Part shown: in pieces, positions 50,858 to 62,504 of the stretch | Position numbering within the stretch: the first letter of the stretch is position 1 | Layout of the letters: each line of letters opens with the position of its first letter | Source of the DNA: Laetmonice hystrix | Taxonomy: Eukaryota | DNA: 64,000 bases | NCBI GenBank assembly: GCA_965235115.1 | Contig: OZ249452.1 | Span: 12,462,001-12,526,000 of the forward strand | Direction: 5' to 3' | Made by a program: the position numbers and the translations under genes | Notes under the pieces: generated by a model | The model's database searches: none | Told to the model about the DNA's origin: nothing | What the model saw: only the letters and a program-made list of their open reading frames with translations

Positions 50858-53800
50858 CTGTGTTATCCCACCAGGGTCCGTACCCCGTGGATCCTGCCTC
50901 CTGTGGGGTATCCCGGTCTTCCGGGGGTGTGAGCGCTCCCGCCGGCGGTGTTAGGGTCCGCTGCCGGCCGGTCCTGGCGGTCTCCGGGTGGACAGGTGAG
51001 CCGCTGTCTCTCTCAGTTACCGGTCTTTCTACAGGTATGGTGTCTCTATCCCAACCTGACCCACTTGAGATGGTGTTAGTGTTATCCGCGTTGAGATTGC
51101 ATCCAGGGGCGTCCACTGATCCCTCCGGTTGGTGGCAGTGATCGTCCCGGGGGGTTGGTAAACGCTGGGGGTACTCAGAGGGTGGGGTGAGTATCTCAGG
51201 GTTCGTACCCCGTGGAGGTGTGCTGTGACTGGTGGGTGGGGTTAAGGTTGTGACAGCTGCCGTGGAGCGCCGTGGCGGGGAATGAAGAGCGTGTTTGGGA
51301 GCGTGCTGTAGTGTACGGTGGTCGGCGCCGTGCCGGTCCGCTGACGGTGGCGGGGAGGACCCAGGCCGGGGGGCGGGAGGAGCGTCCGACCGTGACGGGG
51401 AGGTCCCGCCCCCCTCCTGTTCACCACCTCCAACACCGGGATGGTGGGAAACCGACTCGCTGTCATCGTCCCGGCCCAACTCCTCACTTAAAGACGCCTC
51501 TATTGATGGCTTAAAATCAGCACCACCTACCAAACCACCACCACCACCACCACCACCACTTAAAGCGCCACTTCCCACCCATCCATCCCTTTCATGGTCT
51601 GCTTCCCCGAGCGTGAAAGATCGGCTCCCGTAAAATGATGACCTCTCAGGTGAGTGCAATGACACGGTATCGTTGCCATAGTTACGATTATACCCTGCTG
51701 CATCCAGATAGTGTTCCGGTTTCACGTTTTCTGTCAATCCGGCCCGTCTTGAGTGAATTAAAACATCAGTTCTATCCAGGATAGAATCCACCATGAACCT
51801 ATTGAAGTTATCCTCAGGTACGCCTGGGCTTGCTCCAGGGCGATCTAACCTGGACCTCCGGGCGGTGACAACCCTCCGTCTGGTCCCCTCAGTGCGATTC
51901 TCAGTGGGGACCCTTGACTGTAGCCATGCCCGCCGTGGGGTGTGGATAGCTGCGCTCCGCCCGACCAGGGTAGTCCCGACTCTAGGGCTGTCAGCCATAC
52001 TCCTACCGTACCATCCCTCCCCCGCCGTGGGGCCGTAACCTGGGTACATGTCCGAGTTCCTGGTTCCAAAGTCTCTTGGCAACGACCTCTCACCTTGGCC
52101 TCTGCTGATATCAAGGTCATCAAGACGCTCATATCGTAGTCGTTGAGTGTAATCATTGATCCAGTGTTCGCTGAGTGGTTGCCCACTGGTGTATGATGGA
52201 GAGCTGGACGACGTGAAGTAATGTCGAAATCTTTCAGATCTTTCTGCCATATTGGTTTCAGTTTCAGAATCCTCCGATTGTAAATCCTCTCCGCCGCCAC
52301 GCCTACCCTGAACCGATAACTCCGAATTGTCCCCGACCAGAATGTCGTACTTGGCTACGATGTATTTGATATTATCCAGTGACAAATAGTTCCCATCCGT
52401 TACATCCTCCGACCGGCCGCCAGGGGCGCTGTTTGGGTGGGATCCACTGGATGGGACAGTCCTCCGCCGTCCGCGGTCCCGAACCTTGGGTTCTCTCCGG
52501 GTGTGAGCACTGGGGATTGGATCCTGTCCTCCTGATGATACTGAGGGTCCTGGGTCACCTCCCAGTCCCCTTCCCAGTCTCCTCCTCCTGCTCCTCTGTC
52601 TGCTCTCTTCCTCACAACCAGTATTCACCACTGGGTTCTCCTCACCACGACCAGTTGGTGAAAACTTTTCAGCGTCTAGGGTAGCTCCCACTAATGTGTC
52701 CCTCTCTAATGTTTTTTCTCGGTTATTTTCCTCCCTGTCTGCATCCACTGGGAAGTGAGCTGCACGGCCAGCCTCCCTTTGTAGGTCTGAGTTCCGGTCA
52801 TTAGTATGCACAAGGTCAATATGAAGCGGTGACCTCTGACCCCGGCTGAGGTCAGGTTGGTGGGGAGCCTTGTTTGATGAACCGAGAGCGATGTTTGGCG
52901 GACGTTTTGAAGTTAGGACCAACCTGTCACTGTTACGTGTTTGGCACGCATCCGTGTCTACATGCGTGTCTATCGTGACGTTACCTCCAGCCAAACCCGG
53001 GTTGGACCCATCACTCTGTGTCTGACATTCACTATCACCATGGCAACATGCTATATTACCATCCCATTGACTCCCCTCTTGTTGTGTTCCTATGGTAATG
53101 TCCTCTGCCGGTACAGACGCCTCCCCCGCGTCACTTTTTATACATGGGTCTCTGTGGCTGTAACTTGGATCCGGGTCCTCAAGGACGTAACCATGGCAAC
53201 CATTTACATGTTGCCCAGGGTTACCGTTACCTCTATAATCTATCTGCGCAGTGTTTTGGTGTTGGATATGTAAATCAACGGAACCACTTGTTGTCTGACC
53301 GAGTGTATGGAGATGTGATGGGTTTGAGGTTGGATCCAGAAACAATCGATCTTGTTTGTTGTTGGTCGGATCACCTGATGTCCATTCAAACCTGGGTCCC
53401 GCACCCTTCAGCTTAGCCTCTCCGTCACATCCAACATTAGCTTCCTCTCCATCAAAGCATTGAGTGTTGTGTTTTGTATAATCAGCTGACTTCTTTCCTC
53501 TGGCAGTATACTGTTCCTGCCTCTGTCCTATTGGAAGTTCCGCTCCTGGGACCTCAACCAGATTTCTTGTCGTGCCAAGTCCCTCCGGCACGTCCAACTC
53601 AACTATGACATTTCTCAGACCATCGCTTTGTCCGGCAGAGTCGGGTCTGTGTCCTGTGGTAGCTTGAATAGTTGCAGTCCTTCCAGGGATGTTATGGGAT
53701 AACGGTGTGGCCTGTTTCTGCAGGTCCCTCGGTTGACCCCCAGGGTGTCCTGCTGGGTCGTTGTACTGAGGTATTCCGCCTGGCGAGGCCTGAACCTCAC

Positions 53801-56800
53801 GGGGGATTCCAACTGCACAGTGGTGTTCACGGCGTTGTCTGGTGGGCAATTTAGTTTTATGCTGACGGCTGCCAAGGACATCCTGGGCATATGATATGTC
53901 AGGATGGTTTCCAATGGACTGACCTAATTGTTGGCAGGGTATAATTACACCATCATTATCTTCTCGATGCAACGAAGCGTTTGTCCCGCAATCAAAATTA
54001 TGTGATTCGTATCTCTCTCCCGGAACTTCAACTTGTTCAGCCTCATCTATAATTGGAAGGTCAGATTTATAATGACCAGTGATAAATCCTATCGGGTGCC
54101 CCTCAGACCTCCCTCCCTGGGCCCCTTGCTGGATAACCCCTGCCAACTCAACCGGAGACTTTAGGGTCGACGCTGGGTGTGGCTGGTCTGGTGTGTATTT
54201 ATAGCGTTCCTCTCCGGATTCAGGGAACTGCCTCCTACCTGCCTCCAGGGGGCGCTCTGCAGGGTTGTCGGTCGGAAACTCCTGATAGGACACAGGGGTA
54301 ACGTCTAATTGGTTGTTAAATCGTACAGGTGTAATACCTGTAGACACCTGGCCTTCCCTTCTGTTGTCTGCGTGAAGCTCACTGTCGGGTTCAATAAGAG
54401 CTCTTTCTGAGTGATCACTCGTACTTTCCACGCCGTTTTTCATGCGCCGTTGTTGCTTCCTCTCTCTGCCTGCTCTTCTCTTCATTGCTCTTTCCGCCAT
54501 TATTTTTGAATAGATCCCTTGTGGTTGTGGTTCTCTGGAACCATCTCCCACAGAAAACCTCTGTGGTTTCTCCATTTCTTCCCTCTCTTGTACTTCTTTG
54601 AAAGGTAAACTGTTGACTTCCTCTAAAATGCTGCCTGTAAAAGGAAGGGTATTGTGCCTTTTCCTGAAAGCATGCGGTTCTGCAATTCTTGATTTGGCAG
54701 AAAGGTGGCCTATGTCTCGAGATTGGAGATGAAAGTAGCCCTTATTTCTTGATTGTGTCATTCTTTCTAATCGGTCGGGATGATGGGAAACACTAGGAGT
54801 CGTTATTAGGCCTGGTATTCCAGAGTCTGTATCTTCCACTTCAACCAAACATGCACTAGAACCGCCTACACCTAAATATGGCACACTGCTTTCACTACTG
54901 TTGTCTTGAAGGGGTGAAGATAATGTCTTACCTTTGAACTGAACAGGTAGATTAAAGTTTGTACTGATATCTTGGACAGAAGAAGTGATATCCTTACCTT
55001 CTCTGAAACCACGGATGCTGACGTCCTGATTGGTGACTTGAACAGGAGGAATGACGTCCTTACCTTTATCTCTGGTTTGAGTTGAATAACTGAAATCCTT
55101 TTCTTCAGCTTGATCCATTGAAGTGAAGCCCCGAGCCTCGCGCTGGGGAGGCAGATGGAGATATTTGTCCTTGGCTTTGAAGATCTTCGTGCCTTCATCT
55201 TTGGAGGTCAAGGTCAGAGGAAAGTTATTGTCTCTGACCTTGAGAGAAGGATGAATGTCCGTTTTACTGGCCTCAACGGGCGAGGCCAAGTCCAAGTCCA
55301 TGACTTGTTCAATGACGTTATTATCTGGCAAAAGAAAGTCCTGCTCTGCTTGACGAGGCGATACCTGCCGGACTTTATCTTCTCTATGGACAGACAGAGT
55401 GTTAACCCTGGTTGCCTGTTGGTCTGGGGAAATGTAATCTTGACCTGGCAATGATTGACTAACACCAGATTTTGCTTCCAGAACTTTCCAATAGGCCTCT
55501 CTTATCACATCATGAACCATGGCGACCGTGCCGTTGTCTTCATTTGTTGCCTCTATCTCATCTTGTCTACCCCCAGCGACGTTTCCCCGCAAGTTCCCCG
55601 ATTTCTTTATCTTATCGACCATTTGATCAATGATGTCCCCGACATAGTACTTTACGTTGTGTTTCAAGTCAGTCACACCGGACGCTGATGTTGTCTGAAA
55701 ACTATTTGCAATTTGGTGGTGCTCTGGACCTTTCTGTGGTAATTCAACTGACTTTCCTCTTGTGGTCATTCCTGATTCCCTCTGGGTCCCCTGAGGTCCA
55801 CGTTCAAAGTTCACTCCCGTATCCGGCAAAGGATGGTGAGAGGCTTTGCCCGACGTGATTGATTGCTCAATTTCAAGAAATTCGGTCAGCGATTCTTGTG
55901 ATCCGTTCCGGTTGGCTGACCGTGTGGATTTGTTGATTTTTAGTGGCACTTTAGACTCTCCCAGGAGTTCTTTCTCCAGGTGAGAGTTATAGAGCTGGAG
56001 GAGTTTCCTGTGTGGTGGAGTTATACTGGAGTGAGACATGCTCCTGTTGAGAGATGTTGCAGGATGGCTAGGATGAAGGGATGAGGCTGAGGACGCCCGG
56101 TCCAGCGTCCTGTCTTCCGTTTCCGGTGACAATTGAACCGTGTCTGTATTACAGTCTGCCTTTGTCCTATGTGTTTGACTCTCAGTTTGCGATGATTTCC
56201 TATTATTGTCGCTTGTATAGGATATATGCTCATTTCTGAGACCCTTGCCTGACGCTAAGTCCTTCCCCTGCCTTTTTGTACTGCCTGTGGGTGTTTTCCT
56301 AATGGGGAATTTCTGTATTGATGATTTGATTGGCTGATTTTCAGACACTTTCGCCGACGGTGAACCATGCGATTTCCGATCTGTGAACCTACGTGATGGC
56401 AGTGAAGTTACCCCTTTTGATGGTGCTGCTGGCGTCTTTGCCATAGAATTTGTACTCAATGACATTCCTTTTGGTGTATTTATAACTGGTGATCTTGTAG
56501 ATGTTGCCGTTACCACCTGTGCCCCAGTTACCGCTGTTTTTCCAGGTTGTGACTTTAAAGTTGGTGACTTCACATTTGGCGACCGGTTATTTATTAAAGT
56601 AGAGCCTGTTCTAGTTGATGAGGATCTCAGACTTTGTGACCTGGTTAGTGGTGACTTTACTGGACTTACCATGTCTCCGGACAATTTTCTTGTTTTTTGA
56701 GCTCTTTGAGACGATGATTTCGCTTCCATTGATGTTGGTGACTTGAGAGGTGTCGACTTTCGAGTTGGTGATGTTGGTACGGATGATACTACAGAGGTTG

Positions 56801-59654
56801 ACCTTGCCTTCAATGACCTTTCAGGATCAGCTGCTTTATTTTTCTGAGTAGGTAATATCTTTGTACCCTGTGATGATTTCCTCAATTGTTGTGATTTATT
56901 GATATCATGCCTCTTTGCCTTGACCTTGCTGTCTCCAGGTTCTTGCGTTTTCATTGGAATTGGGGCATGTCCTTCAGTCATAACAGAGCGTGGCCGACGT
57001 GTGAGGAGATCTACCTCACTGGAAGTGTTATCAAAAGATTGACTTTTTCTGAGATTTCCCATCTCATTAGGTGACGTACATTTCTCAAGTCCCAATGTTG
57101 TAATCTTGGAATTCGTATCTAAAAGTTCATTTTTCGTTTCGTCTTCAGCTTGTAATATTGGTCGCGGTATCTTACTTCCTGCTGTGTTGTTTCCATCTCC
57201 ATTCATTCTATCCCTCCCTGGGGATGATGCTGGACCAGATTCGTTTATCCGGTCCCTCTCTGAGATTTTACTGAAGTCTTCTGTCCTCTCATGGTGTCTC
57301 TCATGGGGAGAGTGGCCTTCCTTTGGTGGAGACTGCTGGAGGTGGGTATGCAGGACCTCCGGAGACCTGTGTGGATGCCGGGGCCGGTGGTCCACACTCC
57401 CGGATGGTGACCTCACCAGATCATCCTGGGCCCTGGGTGTACCCACTCTCTGACCCTTCATTGACTTACCTTTGGTCGACATCGTGATGTCTGTACATTC
57501 TGTGATGACATAGGGTCTCTCCTTACCCACATCTACGTACTCTAGGGAGGCTGGGGCAGGGTTGAGTGCTGTGTGGTGAGCTCGAGTGTCTTGTGTTTTC
57601 GTGTAAAGCCTCGCGGTGCTCCTGCTCGACCTACTCGATGGATGACTGCCGGATCTAAATGAACTCTCTGTTTTGCTGTTCCTCCTCTCCCATGACCTGT
57701 TTTCCGGCGACCTGGACGTGTTTTCAATGTCTTGATTCACAGGAGTATTTATCCTAGGTCGTATGGCTCTGTTTTTTCTGTTAGTCATCTGGTATAGTGC
57801 AATGTCGCTCTGAGCCTGCCCCCAGACATTTGGCCCCCGTCCCGCGCCTTTTGTAATTGGACCAGCATTGGGATTTGTCTTTGATACATTGACACGGTTG
57901 TAGTTTTTCCTCTGGTGAGGTGTTATAGTTTGTAGCAACTCTGGAGTGACCTTAGAATGTTGACCATCCTTCTTGTCCTGTTGGACTTTGTGATTTGTCT
58001 TGGGCAGGTTTTCAACAGGGCGGCCTGTTCTGCTATGTTGACCTGCAGGCACATTTATTTGAGAAGCCCATCTTGGGATGCGAGACTTGCGCGCTAACGC
58101 TGGTGTGGACCTGGCGAAATGCCGTTGTTCGGAAAACCCTAGATCTTTCTCAAGGCGACACGGTTTGCCTTTGGGAGTACGTGATGTAAAAGTGAAATTT
58201 TCTGTATTCTTGCTAGCTGCTATAGGTAGGTCAACCACCGATGTTGTTTGAATACCTGCCGGTTGAAAGGGCAGCATGGTATAACCTTTGGTGGGTAAAT
58301 CAACGCAGGAGATTGACTTCCCCTGTAAAGGCTCTACTTGTTTGTATTCTACCCGCACGGTTCTAGCTGTGACGTGAAAAGAACCTTCTTCAAACGGATC
58401 TTTTGCCTGACTGACATCATCTTCATCGCCTTCATCAACCAGTTCATCTTGCTCCTCAACTGACACTAAGTTCGGAGTTGACTTGCATGGGAAATTGGAA
58501 ACTCTGTTGTTGGTCTGTCTTTTGAGGCTCCCCTTTGGCATCGCATCATACGAAAATGATATCAGAGGTTTCTTTTTGTCTGACTGTAATTTTGGAAGGT
58601 CCCCTGTTGACTGACTGTAGTCTGTTGACTGACTGTAGTGAACTGACTTTCCTTGATGGTCCTTTAGGCTTTGTTCACTAGATGTTTTATCAACAGTTTC
58701 CATATCGGGGTTGTTAACGTTATCCTGGCCGTTAATGAGCTGGGTTTGCCCCCTCTCGTAGTTCAGTTTAATAGAGCAGCACTGCCCAACCTTCTCCCCA
58801 TTTATCAAAGTGTCTTCACCAGTGCTTGACTTTCCCTTTCTAGTTTTCTGTGAGGAATCTAAATTATCAGGGATGCTCCTGTTATCCCAGTGGGGGTCCT
58901 GACTGGTCTCGAAATTACCGGGTTCGGCTTGCTGAGTACTAACACCGATTTCTTGGTCTTTTCTTGTTCTCACTCTCCTTTTTTTCTGTAGACTTCTGCT
59001 CCAATTACTGTCGTTTTCATAATAATCATTTAAATCCAAATCTACATCATTCACTTTAATTGTGACTTCATGGTGTGGAGTTTCTGGATGTTTTTCACGT
59101 TCTAGGCTTAATAGTCTCAGAGGTTGTTCTGCTGATGAGTGTCTGCGTTGCTGATTGTGATTATGTACGTAACCTTGGTTACGCAGCCGCCGAATATCTT
59201 CATCAGAGTGAGAAGACAACTCAATTTCTTCGGTTCCATTTGTATTTTGATCGTAGCTGAATCTAACTTTTACCGGTGTATGGTTCTCTGCGATATCCGA
59301 AACCATGGAAACGGCTTGACCTTGTTTCGTTGCCATGGAAATATTCCCACATGACCTCGCCACCACGGGTATGCCACTACGATCCTTGGGCTCCTTGCTG
59401 AGGTCTGTTTCCGAGGTGGTCCTCTCGATCATCGAAACAAGAGCAAGGATATGGTCGTTGTCCATGGCAACCACCGGCCGAGGAGGAGATATCCTTGGAT
59501 TTCTCCGTTTGTTTTCACTCTGTCCCAATTCCTTATTTGGTATGGTAGGACAGCTTCCTTTACCACCTCTTCCTGACTGCGCTCCCTGAATAAGGGACTC
59601 CAGAAAGCTTCCAAACGCATCTTCAGTTCCATTCGACATTGTTTGCATTGAAAT
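50858..59654 (-). CDS. Giant 8,797-nt coding exon, about 2,930 aa, S/T/P/R/G/D/E-rich and probably intrinsically disordered
   Basis: 2937-aa ORF 50835-59648. Acceptor ctttcttttgaattccgtag|ATT TCA ATG (phase 0) and donor CAG|GTGGGT after ...WWDNT (phase 1); length mod 3 = 1, which fits. No globular domain recognised. Confidence 0.9.
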
Positions 59655-60412
59655 CTACGGAATTCAAAAGAAAGTCCTCGGAATTATAACTCCATTCTGA
59701 TCAATATAACAAATAGTGTATCGAGTGCGTCTAACCACCGGAACAAGCACACTCCAGAGGCCTTGGGCTTGAATCCCGGTGTTATCAAGTTTTTGTGATA
59801 TAAAGTTGTTTTGTTTCATGGAGACTGAACAATGGCAATCTCCGAGTGCCTGTCACGGCCACAAATTCCAGACTGAAAGTACCACTCACTCGAAAACACG
59901 CACACACTGTCTGAGAACACTTCCCATGTTGAAGATTCCACAATATATCTCACTGGTCATCCCTAAAACGTAGATCATATCGGATCTGTACTAAATCCGT
60001 TCCAGCGTGTATGGTTACATCTGTGCCTGGCGAAATTTGGAGGTGAGGGAGGAGGCGGGAAACCACACCTGGTGTGTCCAGATTTTGACGATGACCACTA
60101 GGTGACCGTTCCCTGGCTGACCACGTGTCTGTAACTCGACACATCACCTCACGTCACACGTCACTTCCAAGGGCTAACGGCACTACAAAATCCCCTGCCT
60201 CAATTTCAAGGAACTCATTAACATAAATTTAAACGGGTCATTGGTGTCTCCATAAAGTGACTGATCCGTTGTTTTTAAACGATTTGTTGTAATAGATCCA
60301 CTTCAGAGACTCCAGCTGTTCTTCGTTCTTCAATACTCCTCAAAAACGATTCCACTTTATATCAGTTTATCCTTTGTCAGTGGTTACGGTCTACGCTGAT
60401 GGGAGTTACCTG

Positions 60413-60426
60413 GTTACCATGGCAAC
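60413..60426. promoter_or_regulatory. Perfect RFX X-box palindrome GTTACCATGGCAAC, about 770 bp upstream of the giant exon
   Basis: Exact match to GTTRCCATGGYAAC. Confidence 0.5.
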
Positions 60427-62428
60427 CATTGAAATATACGCCATTGCCAACAGCAACGGGACCGGTCATGGCCTTTCTGGGAGGTCACCAGTCTGCCCGC
60501 TTGGCCTCCCTCAAATTTACAGCAGGCGACCTAGATGTGGATAATTAATTATAACTGAGGGTTAATGAGTCCAGCCACCTCAGAGGATATGTAACGTCAT
60601 GTCGTATCGTAATGGTACAGCGTTCAGGTGCTAACATAGCATGACATTTCGTGTCGACATTCCTGCATCATCTCTACAACGGTCGCCTGTCAAAACGCGA
60701 GCCTAGCAGTAGTAACTGCTGTGACATGCCACTGCACTGATGCCGACACATTGTTTAGGATCTGTCAAACTTTACAATGAATTTGATCCACATACTGTCA
60801 GGTATGAATCATCAAACTCACAATACTTTCCAGAGTGATATTTCGATAAAAATCCTACACCAGATAAATGAAGCCAGGACTCATGTACATATGCCAAAAT
60901 TATACTAGCCTTTCAGTTTTTGTTTCAAGAATTAGAAACAATGCGATCAGTATCAATTAAAGGTATGTTTATCCATGTGTAACTGTACCTGTGAGGTCAC
61001 ATGCCCAGGTGTATCCACGTGATCCTATCTGATCCCTTTGATACCGAGGTAGTAGTTTTTAATCTGACACAGCCAGAGATTTGTCTACTCCTCACGAGAT
61101 ATCAGAGGAGGACCACCTCCAGCCAGACATACAACTTCCAAATCCATAAAAACCGTCATGTGTACCGAAACTATCAAGGTCTCACCTGTGCAATCTTTAT
61201 TCCACTTTAGTAGACAATAAACTACTGAGGGTAACTATATTTTTGCGTTCTCATCCGTAAATATATCTCTCAGTAGTGATTGTAGTCACAAAATACTCTA
61301 ATATCGAGGATGAATTTAGCCCCTTCATGTAGAGCGGTACAAATCAGTATTATGCTCTATTCTTTGAACCAACACAAAATCACACTTTCACATTCTATTT
61401 GTCTTTGCCCTTGAAATTCCACACCCTAACAGTTTCCTGAATGAGGACTGCTCAATGCCACTTCAGAGTGGATCGAGGCCACAACGGTGCAGTTTATGGC
61501 CACATCCCTCATGGTAACGTCTCCGCAAAATTTGATTGTACAAACTAAAACATTATAACTATTTCTAGACCAGACCGTAATCCTAGCCCTTGTCCTCGGT
61601 CTCAGGGCCTCTCCCTAACCCTGAGCCCTGTCCCCAAACTCCCGGGAATGTGACAATAGGGGATACCTGGTTTACCGTATGTTCTCCAGTAGGGCACTCT
61701 CACAGCTAGACACAGCGCTCTTGATCACAACCTTGCGGGATTTAACTGGCAGATGTCATAGAACCAAGTATTGTTTGTGGACGTTTAAAAACTTCTCCAT
61801 GTGGTTCCAAGCCAAACATTATCTTGTCACTGTGACCTGCGTCTATTATATCGACTCAACAAATATCGTCAAGCGCCCCTCCCCCTCCCTCTAAATATAT
61901 ATCACCCCGAGAACGCGTACAATAAACATATTCTTCCTGACCATCTCGGGTCATCAAAGGTTTATCTAACCGTGTCTGTGCGACTGGGTATATAAAAGGA
62001 CCTTGCCATTTGGGATATTTTTGATATTTATAACGAATTCGTTTTTTATTTGATTGGGATGGTGGCAGGTTACAAGAATATGTCCACAATGTTCCAATAC
62101 AAAACGAACTACTTGCTGGAAGGTCGGCATGAATGATTCAGAGCATAAATGATATTCCGGGGCGGACCCAGGATCTTTGAAACAAGGGGTTGAAGGACGG
62201 AAATCTGGCTAATAGGGGGTTGAACAGGGTCAATTTAGAAAGTTGTCTGATGAGCAAAGGAAAAGTGGCTTCAAACTGGGGGTTCACCCTCCTGACACTG
62301 ACATGATTTTGCTCTGTTAACATTCCTAGGTAATTGAACGTCAGAGAGTGAGACAAAATATAGACAAGATGAACAAAGTCTTGATCGCCAATATATAGGA
62401 TTAATTCTATCTTAAGCTGGAGGGTTAC

Positions 62429-62433
62429 CTCTA
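62429..62433 (-). CDS. 5-nt microexon TAGAG (or 2-nt AG via NAGNAG), converting phase 1 to phase 0
   Basis: Strong acceptor gttgtttggttttatttcag| and donor GAG|GTAACC, with a 71-nt upstream intron. It supplies the phase change needed to join the 62505 exon (phase 1) to the 59654 exon (phase 0): ...DEY-V-E-ISMQ. Confidence 0.55.
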
Positions 62434-62504
62434 CTGAAATAAAACCAAACAACAGACATTAACAATTACTCTCCTAAAACCAAAAAATGTAAGATACCAC
62501 TCAC

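Noticed and set aside
50839-59632. Many 60-150-aa ORFs on the + strand and in alternate frames of the giant exon
   Set aside because: Shadow ORFs of a GC-richer coding exon, with no domain signatures or splice support.
59714-59780. tRNA/SINE-like A-box and B-box (GGCTTGAATCCC)
   Set aside because: No cloverleaf and degenerate boxes. At most an old SINE head.
59950-60147. ORF with Ig-like look (PGTDVTIHAGTDL)
   Set aside because: Lacks the I-set Trp and D-x-G-x-Y motifs, and has no suitable splice sites.
62431-62504. C-terminal hydrophobic tail of the 518-aa ORF (WYLTFFGFRRVIVNVCCLVLFQ) as a membrane anchor
   Set aside because: It begins at a canonical GTGAGT donor and ends in a polypyrimidine tract plus CAG, so it is intron read-through. 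It would matter only if the intron is retained.
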